Of a DNA stretch of 64,000 nucleotides, positions 39,727 through 52,350 are shown one piece after another. The notes beneath the pieces were generated by a model, which saw only the letters and a program-made list of their open reading frames with translations, was not told where the DNA came from and searched no databases. Numbering within the stretch: position 1 is the stretch's first letter; each line of letters starts with the position of its first letter. This DNA is from Chara braunii (Eukaryota > Plantae > Charophyceae): positions 1,874,317-1,938,316 of the forward strand of contig BFEA01000020.1 in the NCBI GenBank assembly GCA_003427395.1, given 5' to 3'. The position numbers and the translations under genes are program-made.

Positions 39727-42700
39727 AGAAACTACAGTGATGAGGAGTTATGGGAATGCTGCAGAACTTTGCCGAATTTGCGTCGTCTGCACTCACCTGT
39801 ACAAGCGGATGTAGAAGCTCTGTTTAGATGGGTAGTCGTGGCCCTAACCTCACGTGGCTGCATTCCTTGGTTGGCTAAATTCGCGAATGACTTGGGTTAT
39901 CTCCTGGCAGGTAATCCGGATGCTTTCGACCAGCCAACTAGCTGTGTATACGTTGGTGTTTCACCATGGTCTAAAGCTACGTATGTAGGAAAGACTGAGA
40001 GGTCCTTGGACACTCGATGGATTGAACACAGGCAAAGGTCTCGTAGAAATGATGCACACACTTCTCATTTTCATCGTTGGATGGGTTGTGTAGGTATTCA
40101 TAGTTACGTGCTTATTCCTGTACGTCTGGATTGTGCCGATGCACTCATCATCCTGGAGAACTGGTACATTCGTACGTGGTCGCCTAGTTTGAATAGTAGG
40201 GGCTGCTTTCGCGGGAAACGCAAGAAGAAGAAGCAGACAAGAAAGGGGAGAAGAGGCAGGAAGGAGCGGAAAGGTAAGCATAGAGGGGGCAAGAAACACC
40301 ACCCTCGTGTGAGTAGAGAGGTGATTCGGGTAAGAAGGGGAGATTCGGCATGTTCCACGGTAAAAATTCTGCAAGTCCTCAGTGATGCTGAGAAGGACGG
40401 GGTACGTAAATTTGTTTTGAAATCGGAAGGGGGGGAGATATGGTGTGATAAATGGAAATTTGTGCGGGGTGTCTTTGGTAATTCTGATGTAGAAGTGGGT
40501 GGAGTGAGGCATCTTTTCAAGGAATGCAAGCGGGATGTTGAGGAAGGAAGAGACATTCGCTTTGTGCGCCTGAAAAGGAGAAAAAGGAAATCTAAGAGGC
40601 TCCGTGCTTTCCTGATATCTGTATTACGTCTTCCGAAAAAACGCGATACCTTGTTTCTTCAAGATTTGTGTTTTCTGTTTGAGTTGTTGTCGGCTGCGAA
40701 GGAATTTAGTAAGAAGGTTACTAGGGATTTTTTGAAGAGATTGTTATATGCGGCTATTAAACGTGGTTATGGTTTCAATATGTATGCCAGCTTGGTGGTT
40801 AGTGTAAGGTATGATGATCGTGTTAGTTTAGTCGGGGTAAGGCGTCTGTGCGATGAAAAAATCACGGACTTGGAATTCCCATCGTTTGTGAGAGACATTT
40901 TCAAGAGTAAGGTCAGGGTAATGTGGGCCAAAACCCCATCTATCGCTGATATGCTGTGCAACCATCGCAAGGCCGCCGTCAAGGACGTGCTGGCCTGCAC
41001 TTGCACTGATTATGACTTGCCCCGTTCGGATGGGCATGTGAAATGACGACTTAGTGAGATCCCAAGGGTTCCTTGTTCCATGCTGAACTCGAATAATATA
41101 CCTCGGGCAGAGAAAGTACGAAGGGCTGATTGTCTGGCCCAAGAGCTGGCAGATGGTTTTGCAAAGTGGAAACCTAGCCCGACGATCGCTGTGAATTTCA
41201 CTATGGAGAATGTCATCGAGTGCTTCAACCAGTAGGTGAAGAAAATAGGGGAAGTATCAATGGAGGTGTGGACTTTGAAGCGGACGTTTTCCGATCTGAT
41301 TTTTACCCCGGTGGATCGAAATCTGGGGGAAAACGTGCTCATGTGTCCTAAGATGTATCTTGAGGCTGTGAACGACCTGTCTGTGAGAAGCGAGGGGTAT
41401 GTTGTCATACAGAATAGTGAGAGCGATACTTGGAAGGAAGCAAGGCAGGATTTTAAAAGGACAGAACTGGAAGGAATGGGAGTGTGGAAAGCGAAAGGGA
41501 GTGTGGGATGTGCTTATGTCCTTCCGAAACAGAAAGACTTGTCCCGTTTTCGCCCAATATGCCCCACTTACAGTGAACCCACGAATCACATCTGCAGAAA
41601 GGTGGTGCGAGCTTTGAACCACCTTCTGAACCAACTACCCGAGAGAGTGCATTTCAATTTGAATGCGGTTAGTAGTTTGGGAGGCCGTTTGGAGGAAGCC
41701 AATGTTTGCATGAGGAAAAAGCTTATCGGGATGCTAAAGTGATGGCCGCATCTTACGATATTAAAGATATGTTCAGTAGGCTATCTCATAATGAGATACG
41801 TTTGTCTCTGGATTGGGTTCTTGATTGTTTTTGTGACGTGAAGCAGTGTTGCACACCCCGACGGTCCGCGGCCTTTGACTGGTCGGCTGCCGACCCGCCG
41901 ACCGATCGACTGGTCGGCACCTAGCAGTCGGGGATCGTCGGCACCCCGCACCTTTTTTTTTTGGGGGGGGGGATCCAGAACCCCTAATAACCCCACCCAC
42001 AGCCCCATAGCGGCCACCAATACCCGCATACACCAACCTAACACTCCCGAACCACACCCAACATCCTTATTAACGCCCCCAATATTCCCTATATCACCCC
42101 TACACTCCGCCTATACTCCAACCCATACCTGCGTCGCATCGCGTGCGTGCGAGCTCCGCACGCACGGCGCATAACGCACGTGTAAGCATGCGCGCGCACA
42201 TGATGCGACACACCCCACTAAATAGGGTATAAAAAAAAAATTGGAGAAGGCTGGCTGAGATAGCCAATGGCGCACCTCCCCACATAAAAAAACATAGGGC
42301 CCACGTATTCCTTTTTAAATAATCTTTTTCGCAGAGGACCCCAGCAGTACATATGCAAGAGTCCGAACATCTCAAGAGATTTTCAGCAAATTTCATATGA
42401 AAGAAGAGCAGGCCAGCAATATATGCTCTGGATCCGAAGTCAGGTCTGCTTTCGAGCAGTTATGGGTTACAAGTCACAACTACTTATCACCGTAGCTCTC
42501 TCTTTCGTTTGTTTCTTTTTCCTACGAGCAGTGGCCCTAAGGGCCTTGCTCCACTCGTCACCACTTGCACAAAAGACAAAACATATGGCGGCGTATGTGT
42601 TCCATGTTCTAGCAGAAGATTCATTCCTTTACTTTATTTCTTTTGTNNNNNNNNNNNNNNNNNNNNNNNNNNNNNNNNNNNNNNNNNNNNNNNNNNNNNN

Positions 42701-44090
42701 NNNNNNNNNNNNNNNNNNNNNNNNNNNNNNNNNNNNNNNNNNNNNNNNNNNNNNNNNNNNNNNNNNNNNNNNNNNNNNNNNNNNNNNNNNNNNNNNNNNN
42801 NNNNNNNNNNNNNNNNNNNNNNNNNNNNNNNNNNNNNNNNNNNNNNNNNNNNNNNNNNNNNNNNNNNNNNNNNNNNNNNNNNNNNNNNNNNNNNNNNNNN
42901 NNNNNNNNNNNNNNNNNNNNNNNNNNNNNNNNNNNNNNNNNNNNNNNNNNNNNNNNNNNNNNNNNNNNNNNNNNNNNNNNNNNNNNNNNNNNNNNNNNNN
43001 NNNNNNNNNNNNNNNNNNNNNNNNNNNNNNNNNNNNNNNNNNNNNNNNNNNNNNNNNNNNNNNNNNNNNNNNNNNNNNNNNNNNNNNNNNNNNNNNNNNN
43101 NNNNNNNNNNNNNNNNNNNNNNNNNNNNNNNNNNNNNNNNNNNNNNNNNNNNNNNNNNNNNNNNNNNNNNNNNNNNNNNNNNNNNNNNNNNNNNNNNNNN
43201 NNNNNNNNNNNNNNNNNNNNNNNNNNNNNNNNNNNNNNNNNNNNNNNNNNNNNNNNNNNNNNNNNNNNNNNNNNNNNNNNNNNNNNNNNNNNNNNNNNNN
43301 NNNNNNNNNNNNNNNNNNNNNNNNNNNNNNNNNNNNNNNNNNNNNNNNNNNNNNNNNNNNNNNNNNNNNNNNNNNNNNNNNNNNNNNNNNNNNNNNNNNN
43401 NNNNNNNNNNNNNNNNNNNNNNNNNNNNNNNNNNNNNNNNNNNNNNNNNNNNNNNNNNNNNNNNNNNNNNNNNNNNNNNNNNNNNNNNNNNNNNNNNNNN
43501 NNNNNNNNNNNNNNNNNNNNNNNNNNNNNNNNNNNNNNNNNNNNNNCAGACAAGAAGCTGGTGTATGGCGTGAGGCTGATGGACGACGTGTCTATTTTTC
43601 TGGCTTATAACCAGGGGGATGGAAAGTCTATTGCCAAAGCCCACAGGATTAGAAGACGTTTCGAAGGATGCTATCCTAAGTCACTTACCTTAAAAAAGGA
43701 CGGACGACAGTTCCGGATCGTGGGACTTTCTCGGGTGTGCAATGGAGGTGAAATCGAGTTTTCCTTTTTGGGGGTGTTTTCAAAGGACCAAGAGCCAGGA
43801 CACAATTTGGTCTACCGATGAATTGATTTTCAGGACAGGGCAGGACTTCAATTCGTGGTCCTGCAGAAGGCAAAAATTGGCGTCTATCACGGGTTGGCTG
43901 TACCGTATAGACAGGAACACGACGGTTCGAGCCCGTATTCCACAGTAGGTTCTTACATTGAGAAAGGAATACAGGGCTAAGAGCTTTTCAGATCGGCTCT
44001 TCGCGAAGGCTCTTGAAAACTTCGCACGGAATCGCGACTCAATTTGGCAATTGACCGCCAGCCTTCTCTGTTGTGACTCGGTATAGTTCG
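39727..44090 (+). pseudogene. GIY-YIG endonuclease + reverse transcriptase of the Penelope-like element
   Basis: CVYVG..YVGKT.R.L..R..EH..E..I......LN endonuclease, CTC..GH linker, PVDRN, YVLPK.K..RFRPI, YDIKDMF, RLMDD and DFLG. Interrupted by stops, a MITE and an N gap. Confidence 0.88.
41844..42646. mobile_element. MITE/hAT-like insertion in the Penelope RT (right end in gap)
   Basis: RT homology stops at CAGTGTTGC.., followed by clustered CCGAC/GTCGG subterminal motifs and noncoding sequence. Confidence 0.6.
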
Positions 44091-46025
44091 ACTATATATA
44101 GAATTTTAGACTACGGTCTAGTCCTCTTTCGACATGGCACCAGGTTTCGCGCCTGGTTTTTGGGAAGTGGAAGGCAGGTGAAGTGTAGGGAGAAGATGAG
44201 GTGGGGAGCGGAAGTTATTCTCGAGTTGTCGTTTTTGCGACCTCTTGGATTTTTACTTCTCTCTAACCAAGCTTTTGTCGCAGTTTCTTGGACTCTCGAT
44301 CTTGCTGATCGTGTGTGTGTGAATTTTCACCCCTACGCAAATTCCCTGGGATTACTATAACAACATCAGGCCCACCAGATTCAGAAGCTTACAATGGCTG
44401 ATTCTATACTGTGCGGTACCGGTCAACGAGTGGCTAGATAAACAAAGGAAAAACGAGCACAAAATAGAACAGTCGGCACTCTGCAAAATGTGCGACAAAA
44501 ACGAAGTCGAATCACTAATACACTATCTGATCAAATGCCACCACGCGGACACTTTATGGCAAGCGGTCAAGACAGCTTGGGCCAACATCTCCTCAAACCA
44601 GTTCCCGCTACAAGCTGACTACCTCCTTTCCGGGAGAGAGAGTAACACAAACCTAGACGAAGAGGAAAGGACCTTAGCAGACCTGTTGAGAAGAGCAGCA
44701 CTATGGGTCATATGGAGATCAAGATGCAAGGGGACACTGCGTAACCAAAAGACAACGGATGAGGAAGAGTGGAAGTAGACAAAGGAAATCGCAGAGACAA
44801 AAATACGGGCACAATTGAAAAGGGAAATAAAGAAACAGGAAAGGCTATAAGACCCCAGGAAAAGAAAGGCTAGCCAGAAAGCTTTCGAAGGAAATTGGGT
44901 ACTAAAAAAGAAAATAGTCAAAATGAAGAAAGGATACCTAAGCTTCACCGATTGGGACACCAGCCACCAAGACTCAGACCAAGGATCAGACAACTCACGG
45001 GACGAAGAGAGGGACATGGAAGGGGATCAATAAGAAATCAAGGAGGAAACAACCGCAGGCCCTAGGAAAACCACGAAAGAAAGCACCCCCAAAGGAAAAA
45101 AGGAAGATTAAACCGGACAAACCCAAACAGGGGAAGAAGGCACTCCATTGGCGCAATCAGGGCATGTCGCATACCGTAATGGTGCAGACCAGAACAAGAA
45201 CCGACCTCTCTCACATAGTACAGGATAGCGCAGCGGAAGGCTAAAATACCAATGATCAGACCAATCAATGTTGCAATGCAGACCAAACATACATCATCAT
45301 CATCGCAAGGTGTGAAGGGGCCTGCGCTACACACAGGAGGAATGCGCCAGGCCCAGATCATACATAGATGAAGAGGAGGGGGATCAGATGAAGAGGAAGG
45401 GAGGGATGAGGATGTCGCCAACACCAAGTCTTCGATATAGATCCCAAATAATCCCCATCCAATGTCGTTGTCCCAAAGTCGAGTCTGTATCCAAATGTCG
45501 TCAACATCCCAAAGTCACAAATCTCCCTCTCTCTCTCTATCTCTTGTAGTCTGCCGATACTCAGGAGTCAGGCAGCTGGAGGGGGAGGGAGAGATGGTGG
45601 ACTGGAGGAAGAAGAAAAAGAACTCTCTCGCTCTCTTTCTCCTGGTGCCCGGTACTAACCTGTGAGAAGTGGCACCTTGCTGCAGGTACCTCCAAGACGA
45701 AGCTGGAGCGATGGCATCACAGGTAAGCTCCCTGGCCTCCACCACTCTCCTCCCTCTCTAACGCTACTCCAAGCGCCCAGCGCTGAAGACTCCTATCTAC
45801 TACTACAGCAGCGCTCTGCAGAGTGCTGCTGCCGAATTCTGAAGACTACCGCCTGAACTGCCTGTGCCCTCCCGGGCGGACCAGCACTATATAGCGCTGG
45901 TCCGGCTGGGAGGCTGCTCTTGCCAATGTCGGATCGTGCCAGACCCTGGCGCCCAAGTTCAAAAAAAGGTTGTCTTGCACTTATCTCTGGTCTGGCGCCT
46001 AAGTTTCAGGAAAGGTCGACTTCAA

Positions 46026-46271
46026 ACCACCAGTACCTCTCCCTGCTTGAAGAATTCGACGCGGCCGTTAACGCGCCACGTCGCGCGGGGTACCCACCGG
46101 CGTGCGACCGGTAGTCCGGCCGTTAACGCGCCGCGTCGTGCGGGGTACCCACCAGCGTGCGACCGGTAGTCCCTAAAAAACGGGCCCCGAAAAAAAAAAA
46201 AAACGATGACGAAAATGAAAAGTAACAACCTAAAACAAACAGGCGCGGCAGGCCACGGGAAGGGGGAGAAG

Positions 46272-46305
<34 letters not shown>

Positions 46306-46831
46306 NNNNNNNNNNNNNNNNNNNNNNNNNNNNNNNNNNNNNNNNNNNNNNNNNNNNNNNNNNNNNNNNNNNNNNNNNNNNNNNNNNNNNNNNNNNNNNN
46401 NNNNNNNNNNNNNNNNNNNNNNNNNNNNNNNNNNNNNNNNNNNNNNNNNNNNNNNNNNNNNNNNNNNNNNNNNNNNNNNNNNNNNNNNNNNNNNNNNNNN
46501 NNNNNNNNNNNNNNNNNNNNNNNNNNNNNNNNNNNNNNNNNNNNNNNNNNNNNNNNNNNNNNNNNNNNNNNNNNNNNNNNNNNNNNNNNNNNNNNNNNNA
46601 GGAAGATTCATTCTCGTTGGAAAGTTCTGATTTCGTTGTTTTTTTTTTTCTGCAGAATGTTGTATGTTTTTTTTTTTTTTTTTTTTTTTTTTTTGTTTTT
46701 TTTTTTTTTTTTTTTTTTCCGTTGTGTCCTACCGGTTGTCCGAGGCTCGGCAATAAAGTCCGAGGCTCAGGAATGACCGGGCTACCGGTAGCCTGAGCCA
46801 TGGGCCTTAACAACCGGTAGGTACTGGTGGT
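46026..46831. mobile_element. Non-autonomous DNA transposon with 13-bp TIR ACCACCAGTACCT at a TTAA-like site
   Basis: TIRs at 46026-46038 and 46819-46831, flanked by TCAA and TTAA. Internal tandem duplicate of about 55 bp at 46063-46171. Contains an N gap. Confidence 0.75.
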
Positions 46832-47566
46832 TTAAGAGGGCCTAAAATTGGCCCTCATTCTTAGGCTGAAATGACACAGGGCTTGGAGGGCCCTTATTCC
46901 GCCTGGTCGGGCTTTGCAGGCCCGTGTGGTGAGAAGTATGCCACACGGCAGGAGGGAGCACAGACTCCCATAAAAAAGACAGGAAACATCTAGCAGACCA
47001 TGGAGATTTATTTCGAGATAAAAGAGCCAGGTTAGAAAAGCTGATCATCAAACAGAGAATATAAGGGCCAGAAGGAAGAGCGAAAGGGAGACTAGGGTTT
47101 AGGGTTTGACGCTTTACCTTCCACAAACACCGCTAAACAGCTCTCAGGACAGCGAAGCTAAAAAATCAAAACAGTGGTTAGGAGGCTAGGCTCTTAGCAA
47201 AGTCCACCGCATAGGGACCAATCAGCAGTTCTAGCAAGCAAGATCAATTCGACAGTCAAAGTACTGAGAGGAACAGCCGGGTAGGATCCTAAACAAACAG
47301 GACCGCTTTCCCTAAACAAGGGCTAGGAAAGACCAGCCGATAGGAAGAAGAACAAGGTAGCCCAGCCTAACTTAGGCAGGGGTAAGGAGCGGTATATCCT
47401 TCCTACGAGGAAGCAATCAATGCCGTCCTTCGGGCCTCCACACCATAAGGGGGAGGAGTGTGTGTGAGTAATCATTGTAACTTCTTCTGACTTGTCGGGG
47501 GAATAGGAACCCGACTGATGCTCCCCAGAATGGAAAAGGAGCCAGAACCCTAAGGTTTTGTTTAAA

Positions 47567-47613
<47 letters not shown>

Positions 47614-48279
47614 TAATAAAAATAATAAATTGCAAAATCACATTGAAAGCCCAATAATCGTAAGCTGTCCAGAGAGAAGAAATGCGCTGATTTTACCCTG
47701 AACAGAGAACCAAAGCAGCGAACTCAATTGTTAATGAGAGCATTCTCTTGCCGCCACCAACAATGTACACAAATGGTTAATGGGGACCCCCATTTTCAGG
47801 CCCTGGCATGGCAAATGGTCTGAAAATTAGGGTCTCCGTTAACCTTCTCTCTCGGCCTGGTGTCCCGTGTTTCCAGTAGCTTCATGTGGGGCCAGGGTGT
47901 CTGCTCCCAGGCCCGTTCAGACAGTGGCCTGGGCCCACAGTAGTTCGGCGCGCCCAACCACCTGCTCTCTGATTGGCCGGGAGGCCAGCTTCCAAGTAAA
48001 TAGCAGAAGAGCCTAGAAGGCTCACGGAAGATTCTGATGCTCGTGAGCAGGGCGTATGCAACCAACTGGCGCGTGGTAACCCACCAGGACTGCCAAATTT
48101 TGCAATATTTAGGCCTCTTCGAGATACAGGGCCCGCCTTCACTTAGGGCAGGCACGACTCGTGCTGCGGGGACCCTTTACGGGCATGCCGAGGCCCAAAA
48201 TCCTCGCACTCCCTTGTCCTTTACTTCGATAATCCTCTGAAGTCCTTTATCAGCAGGCTGCGTTCCCTTCAGTCTTCTT

Positions 48280-48480
48280 TCATATCCGGAAATAACCTAG
48301 GGAGCAGTCTTCATCAACTCTTCTCTTGTGAACCATCGATCTTCCTTTGGATCGACATGGTGTCTGAACCGCACTCGATACTGCATCTGCAGTTTCGGCC
48401 GTTGAGCCTTGCCTGGAGGCTTGGGAACCAGCATCACCTTGTGCTTGATGATGTCATCAATGTCAACGTTGGGGGCTCTC
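48280..48480 (-). pseudogene. Integrase C-terminal chromodomain
   Basis: DIDDIIKHK...QYRVRFRHH..KEDRWFTREEL...AP fits the chromodomain pattern (EKIL..../YLVKW/D.W...L). Confidence 0.8.
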
Positions 48481-48602
48481 CTTGAAGGCAACATGTCTGT
48501 TTCAGCAAAAGGAGCAAGTTTCGACGCATGGAAAACAGGGTGTGTGTGTAGGTGTCCAGGGATACGAATGACGTATGACGCTCTGTCCGGTTCATTACCA
48601 AC

Positions 48603-49748
48603 TGTTATGCACCCGATTGAACTTCAATCCACAACGAATTCACACGTTCCCATAAACGCATGCAATTGCAGAGTAGACTAGAAGGAGGAAAATCCACACA
48701 AAACCGGAGAGAAGATATGCACAGCGGAAACTCAAAATACACAGAGAATTGAAAATGAATTTCAATTCTTCAATTCTGCAATACCTCGTCCTTCTCCGAT
48801 CAATCCAGAGTACTGTTTTCCCAAGAATCCCAACCAGGTTATCAACACCCATGGACCAATTATTTACAAGATTTCATCGAAGTATCCAGGAGTCTTCTTC
48901 TTCCTCCCTCTTTCTCAAGCTCTAGCTATGGAGCCTGCGGGCCAACCTGGTAAGCCTGCCAATCGCCACACACCCTCCTGAATCCAGCACTTCTCTCTGC
49001 ACCACTCAAGAAGCCCACTGCAGATGAAGTCTCCACTCGGCAGGGGAGCGCAGCTCCCAGGATGATGAAGAAGAACAGCAACTCGATGAAGATGATGGCC
49101 GGCCACTTCGAAGCAGGCATAGAGAAGTTGCTTCGATGGCAGCTGTCGAAACCCCAACAGGACAGCAATGGAGGAAGCACCTCGCGGAGCAGGGCCTGAT
49201 GCCCCTGGGCCAATTCCGCACGAGCGAGGTAAGCCCAGCTATGGCCATCAGCTTCCCCTTCAATGAGGAAGACGAGCGAGCACGTTGAATTAGCGCAGCT
49301 CCAGCTGCGACCTCCAGCAGCACATCGTGGAAAAAAAATGACGAAACAGAACCGAGATTCCTCGGTCCCTGCCTACTTCTGCCGGACTTCCCTAGCCTCC
49401 ACACAGAAGCTACTTTCGACCTATCTGACCGTCCAAACAGCAAACATCTACGGCCTAATAGTCAAGATCTGCCTAAATGCATCTAGGTGGAAATGTGAGG
49501 TAAGGGGACCCAAGGTTAGGACACACAAAAGGAGGACCTACGGGCCTACCAGTTTTCAGAAGGCAGAAAAGGACAAAACGACAAGGCTAAGAGACTGCTA
49601 CCGGCAGACCTAGGGATCGAGCCCAACAAGGCTCAACACAGACAAACAAACACACACAACTCCAGTCACGGGATCAAATCCCGGAGAGCGCAAAACAGGC
49701 AACAGCGAATTAGTGTACAAACCGCATCTCACTGCGCAATTCATTGCA
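48603..49748. mobile_element. Solo LTR inserted in the chromovirus integrase
   Basis: TGTTA...TTGCA termini with CAAC duplicated on both sides. Removing it restores EVLDIVGNEP. Confidence 0.85.
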
Positions 49749-50523
49749 CAACTATGTCCAGTACTTCCTAAGGTCCGAAGTACTGTGGCATTAACTTTCT
49801 TCATATACCCAGTTCCTGTCCCAGTTCAGAAGATTTGACCCATGCTCTTTCACCTACCTGAAATGCAGATGGCCGCCTGTGCCTGTTCTCAGATGCTACC
49901 ATAGCATCTTGAGCCTTTCAAATCTTTTCTACAGCCTGCTGCAGCATCTGATCATACTTGACAGCGAATTCTATGCTGCCAGGTGCTGCTGTGGGCTGGT
50001 TCTCGGGCAGCAGAAAGTCAAGAGCAGATCTGGGCTTCCAACCATGTAACTGGTTGGGAGTCATGCCGGTAGTGCTGTATACAACATTGTTGTATAGGCT
50101 GGCAATGAGAGGTAATTTCTCATCCCTCTCATCCTGGCTCGACTTGATATAGTGTCGGAGTAGGTGCTGCACTACTCAGTTCATCTGCTCTGCTGGCCCA
50201 TTTTACTCAGGGTGATTCCCTGATGTCATCTGCAGCTGGTTTCCCATTTGTTGGGCCGTGTTTTGCCACAACTCACTGATGACACTAACGTCCCTATCAC
50301 TGACAATGGACTTGGGAAGACCAAAATCACGCACCCAAATATCCATAAACAACTTATTACATGATCGGTTTTAGTGGTCTCAGGCATGGCAATTAGTCTA
50401 GCGTACTTGGTAAATCTGTCCAAGATGATGAAGATGTGCCTTTTACCACTTTTGCTGGTCACGAGGGTATCCAGGAAATCCATGGACACGCTCTGACCTG
50501 GACCAGCAGGGATACTCAAGGGT

Positions 50524-50945
50524 TGTAACGAGATGTCGTTTCACCTCCTGTCCCCAATTAATTNGGTAATCTGCCTCTTTCAATTCAAACCTAGGTGAGC
50601 ATATCCACCACCCGGTAAGAGGCACCTCAGCGTACGATCGCGCGCTATCTATTGTCTGGGGGGTTGAGCAATTCCGAAAGATGCTTCNATTTACCATAAC
50701 CAGGTTCATCTTGTAAAACAATAGTGAACTCGAACAAGCATCTTGGGTAGTTTTTGCTAGCGATCGATATCCCCTCACTTGTCCTTTTCCGACATGCTAC
50801 TGTCCTGTCGAATTCGTAGTAAGTTGAATGTCCAAGGTGCAAAATTGACCGCACATGCTCTTGCTTGCTCCATTGGCGTGCATATATCGAAGTAGCCACC
50901 CTCCTTGAACATCTCTCATAATATGTTCTACACTGTAGAAAGCTA
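50524..50945. mobile_element. LTR-like fragment inserted in the integrase
   Basis: Starts TGTAACG and splits RTQAPLGL|PLSIPAGP. There is no CA end or TSD on the other side. Confidence 0.55.
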
Positions 50946-52350
50946 TTATAAGCCCAAGTGGTGCTTGTGTCCTTGGTTTGTCGTGCTGACAAACCTGACA
51001 TGTATCTACATACTTCTTTGCATCGTCCATCATCGCGGGCCACCAAAAACACTGCACTAAGTTTGCTGACGTTTTCTTGAAACCAAAGTGATTGGCTGCG
51101 TCATGACACTCACCTAAAAATAAACTACGCAAAGACTCTCTAGACGGTACACATAGTCCTTTATTACGTGCCTTCTCAAGGGACAACAACCCTCCACCGC
51201 TACAAACTCGTCTGATGTGGCCTTATTCTTGGCCTCGAGCTTGCGAATGTTTTCAGACATCAATGGATCCTCTCGAGAGGCTTCCACCATGGATCGAGTC
51301 ACATCGTCAGATGTCTCGAACTCGGTCACTAGCGCGCCCAAATAGTCCGCCTTCCTTGACAGTGCATCCACTACCTTATTGTACTCTCCCTTGAGGTGGT
51401 CAAACTTTAAGTCATACATATCTATGACTTCAATCCACTGCTTCATGCATTGAGAGAGCAGGTTGCGTCTTGATACAGCGAAGCGTCTCATGGTCAAACT
51501 TCACGTAGAAAAATCTTCCAAGGAGTTAGTGCCTCCAGTGAGTCAACGCTTTGTAGAAGGTATATAGCTCGTGGCCGTAGGTGGACTTAGCTAACTTTTG
51601 AGACGACATCTTCTTGATCATGTACTCAATCGGCCTTAACTTTTTCCCCTCTTGCTGTGTGAGGATCGCACCAATGCTATATTGACTGACATCCACGATC
51701 ACCACGAAAGGCTTATCCAGATCGGGAGGCTTTAAGACTTCATGGTGCGTGAGAGTAAACTTTGGTCTTTTGAAGGCTGCCTCGCACTCATCTTTCCACT
51801 CCCATGAGGTGTCAAGGAGCGCGAGGTCCGTTAGTGGGGAAGCTATGGTACTATAGTTCTTTACAAACGGGCAGTAATAGCCCGCCATCACCAAGAACGA
51901 CCTCACCTCAGTCACAGACTGTGGTCTAGGCCAGTCACGTATGCTGGCCACCTTGGCTCAATCCCTCCGCAGAAATCTCATGAACCAAGTACAAGATCTT
52001 GGTGCGACCCAATTCGTATTTCTCCAAGTTGATCTTGTACTGGTGTTGGCGCAGGAGACTCGGCATGATCTCAACGTGCTTAGTGTGCTCCTCAACATTC
52101 CTACTAAAGACAAGGATATCGTCGAGGTACATGATAATAAACTTGTCTAAGTAGTCCTGAAAGATCGTGTTCCAAGAGCATTGCATAGTCCGAAAGGCAT
52201 CATCGCAAACTCGTACAGACCATACGTGGTATAGAAAGCGGTTTTGTGTTGAACCTGATGGCTAATTGCAATCTGATGGTATCCAGACCTCAGATCCATC
52301 TCTGTGAAGTACCGACATCCCTACACCCGATCCAAGAGGTCATCGATACG

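Larger units (their letters stand above)
37663..44331 (+). mobile_element. Penelope-like retroelement with N-terminal GIY-YIG (Naiad/Chlamys-type domain order), partial-tandem pLTR structure
   Basis: Direct repeat 37690-38430 equals 43547-44334. GIY-YIG precedes RT and none follows it. Flanked by a 30-bp target duplication. Confidence 0.88.
33898..45033 (+). pseudogene. LINE-2 ORF2 (33898-37662 joined to 44362-45033)
   Basis: SWNVRGL, YAPN, AGDWN, SRIDHFLIS, DH, NYRPITLL, QTGFIPGR, DFEKAYDQV, RQGDPL, LFADD, KKGGIGL, and CKMC...HYLIKC at 44482-44540. Confidence 0.92.
30870..45540 (+). mobile_element. LINE-2: L1/Tx1-like non-LTR retrotransposon, near full length, interrupted at 37662/44332
   Basis: ORF1, ORF2 (EN, RT), a C-terminal CxxC...HxxxxC after the insertion, and a 3' UTR ending in (CT)n. 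The 5' limit is approximate. Confidence 0.9.
45545..52350 (-). mobile_element. Chromovirus-type Ty3/Gypsy element: RT-RH-INT-chromodomain, PPT, 3' LTR (about 45545-48208); 5' part deleted
   Basis: RIDDLLD, YLDDIL, VDVSQYSIGAIL, CHD..HFG..CQVCQ, SMDF/LDRFTK, HPVFHASKL and a chromodomain. Purine tract AAGGACAAGGGAG precedes TGCGAGG (48208). The distal LTR end at 45545 is tentative. Confidence 0.88.
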
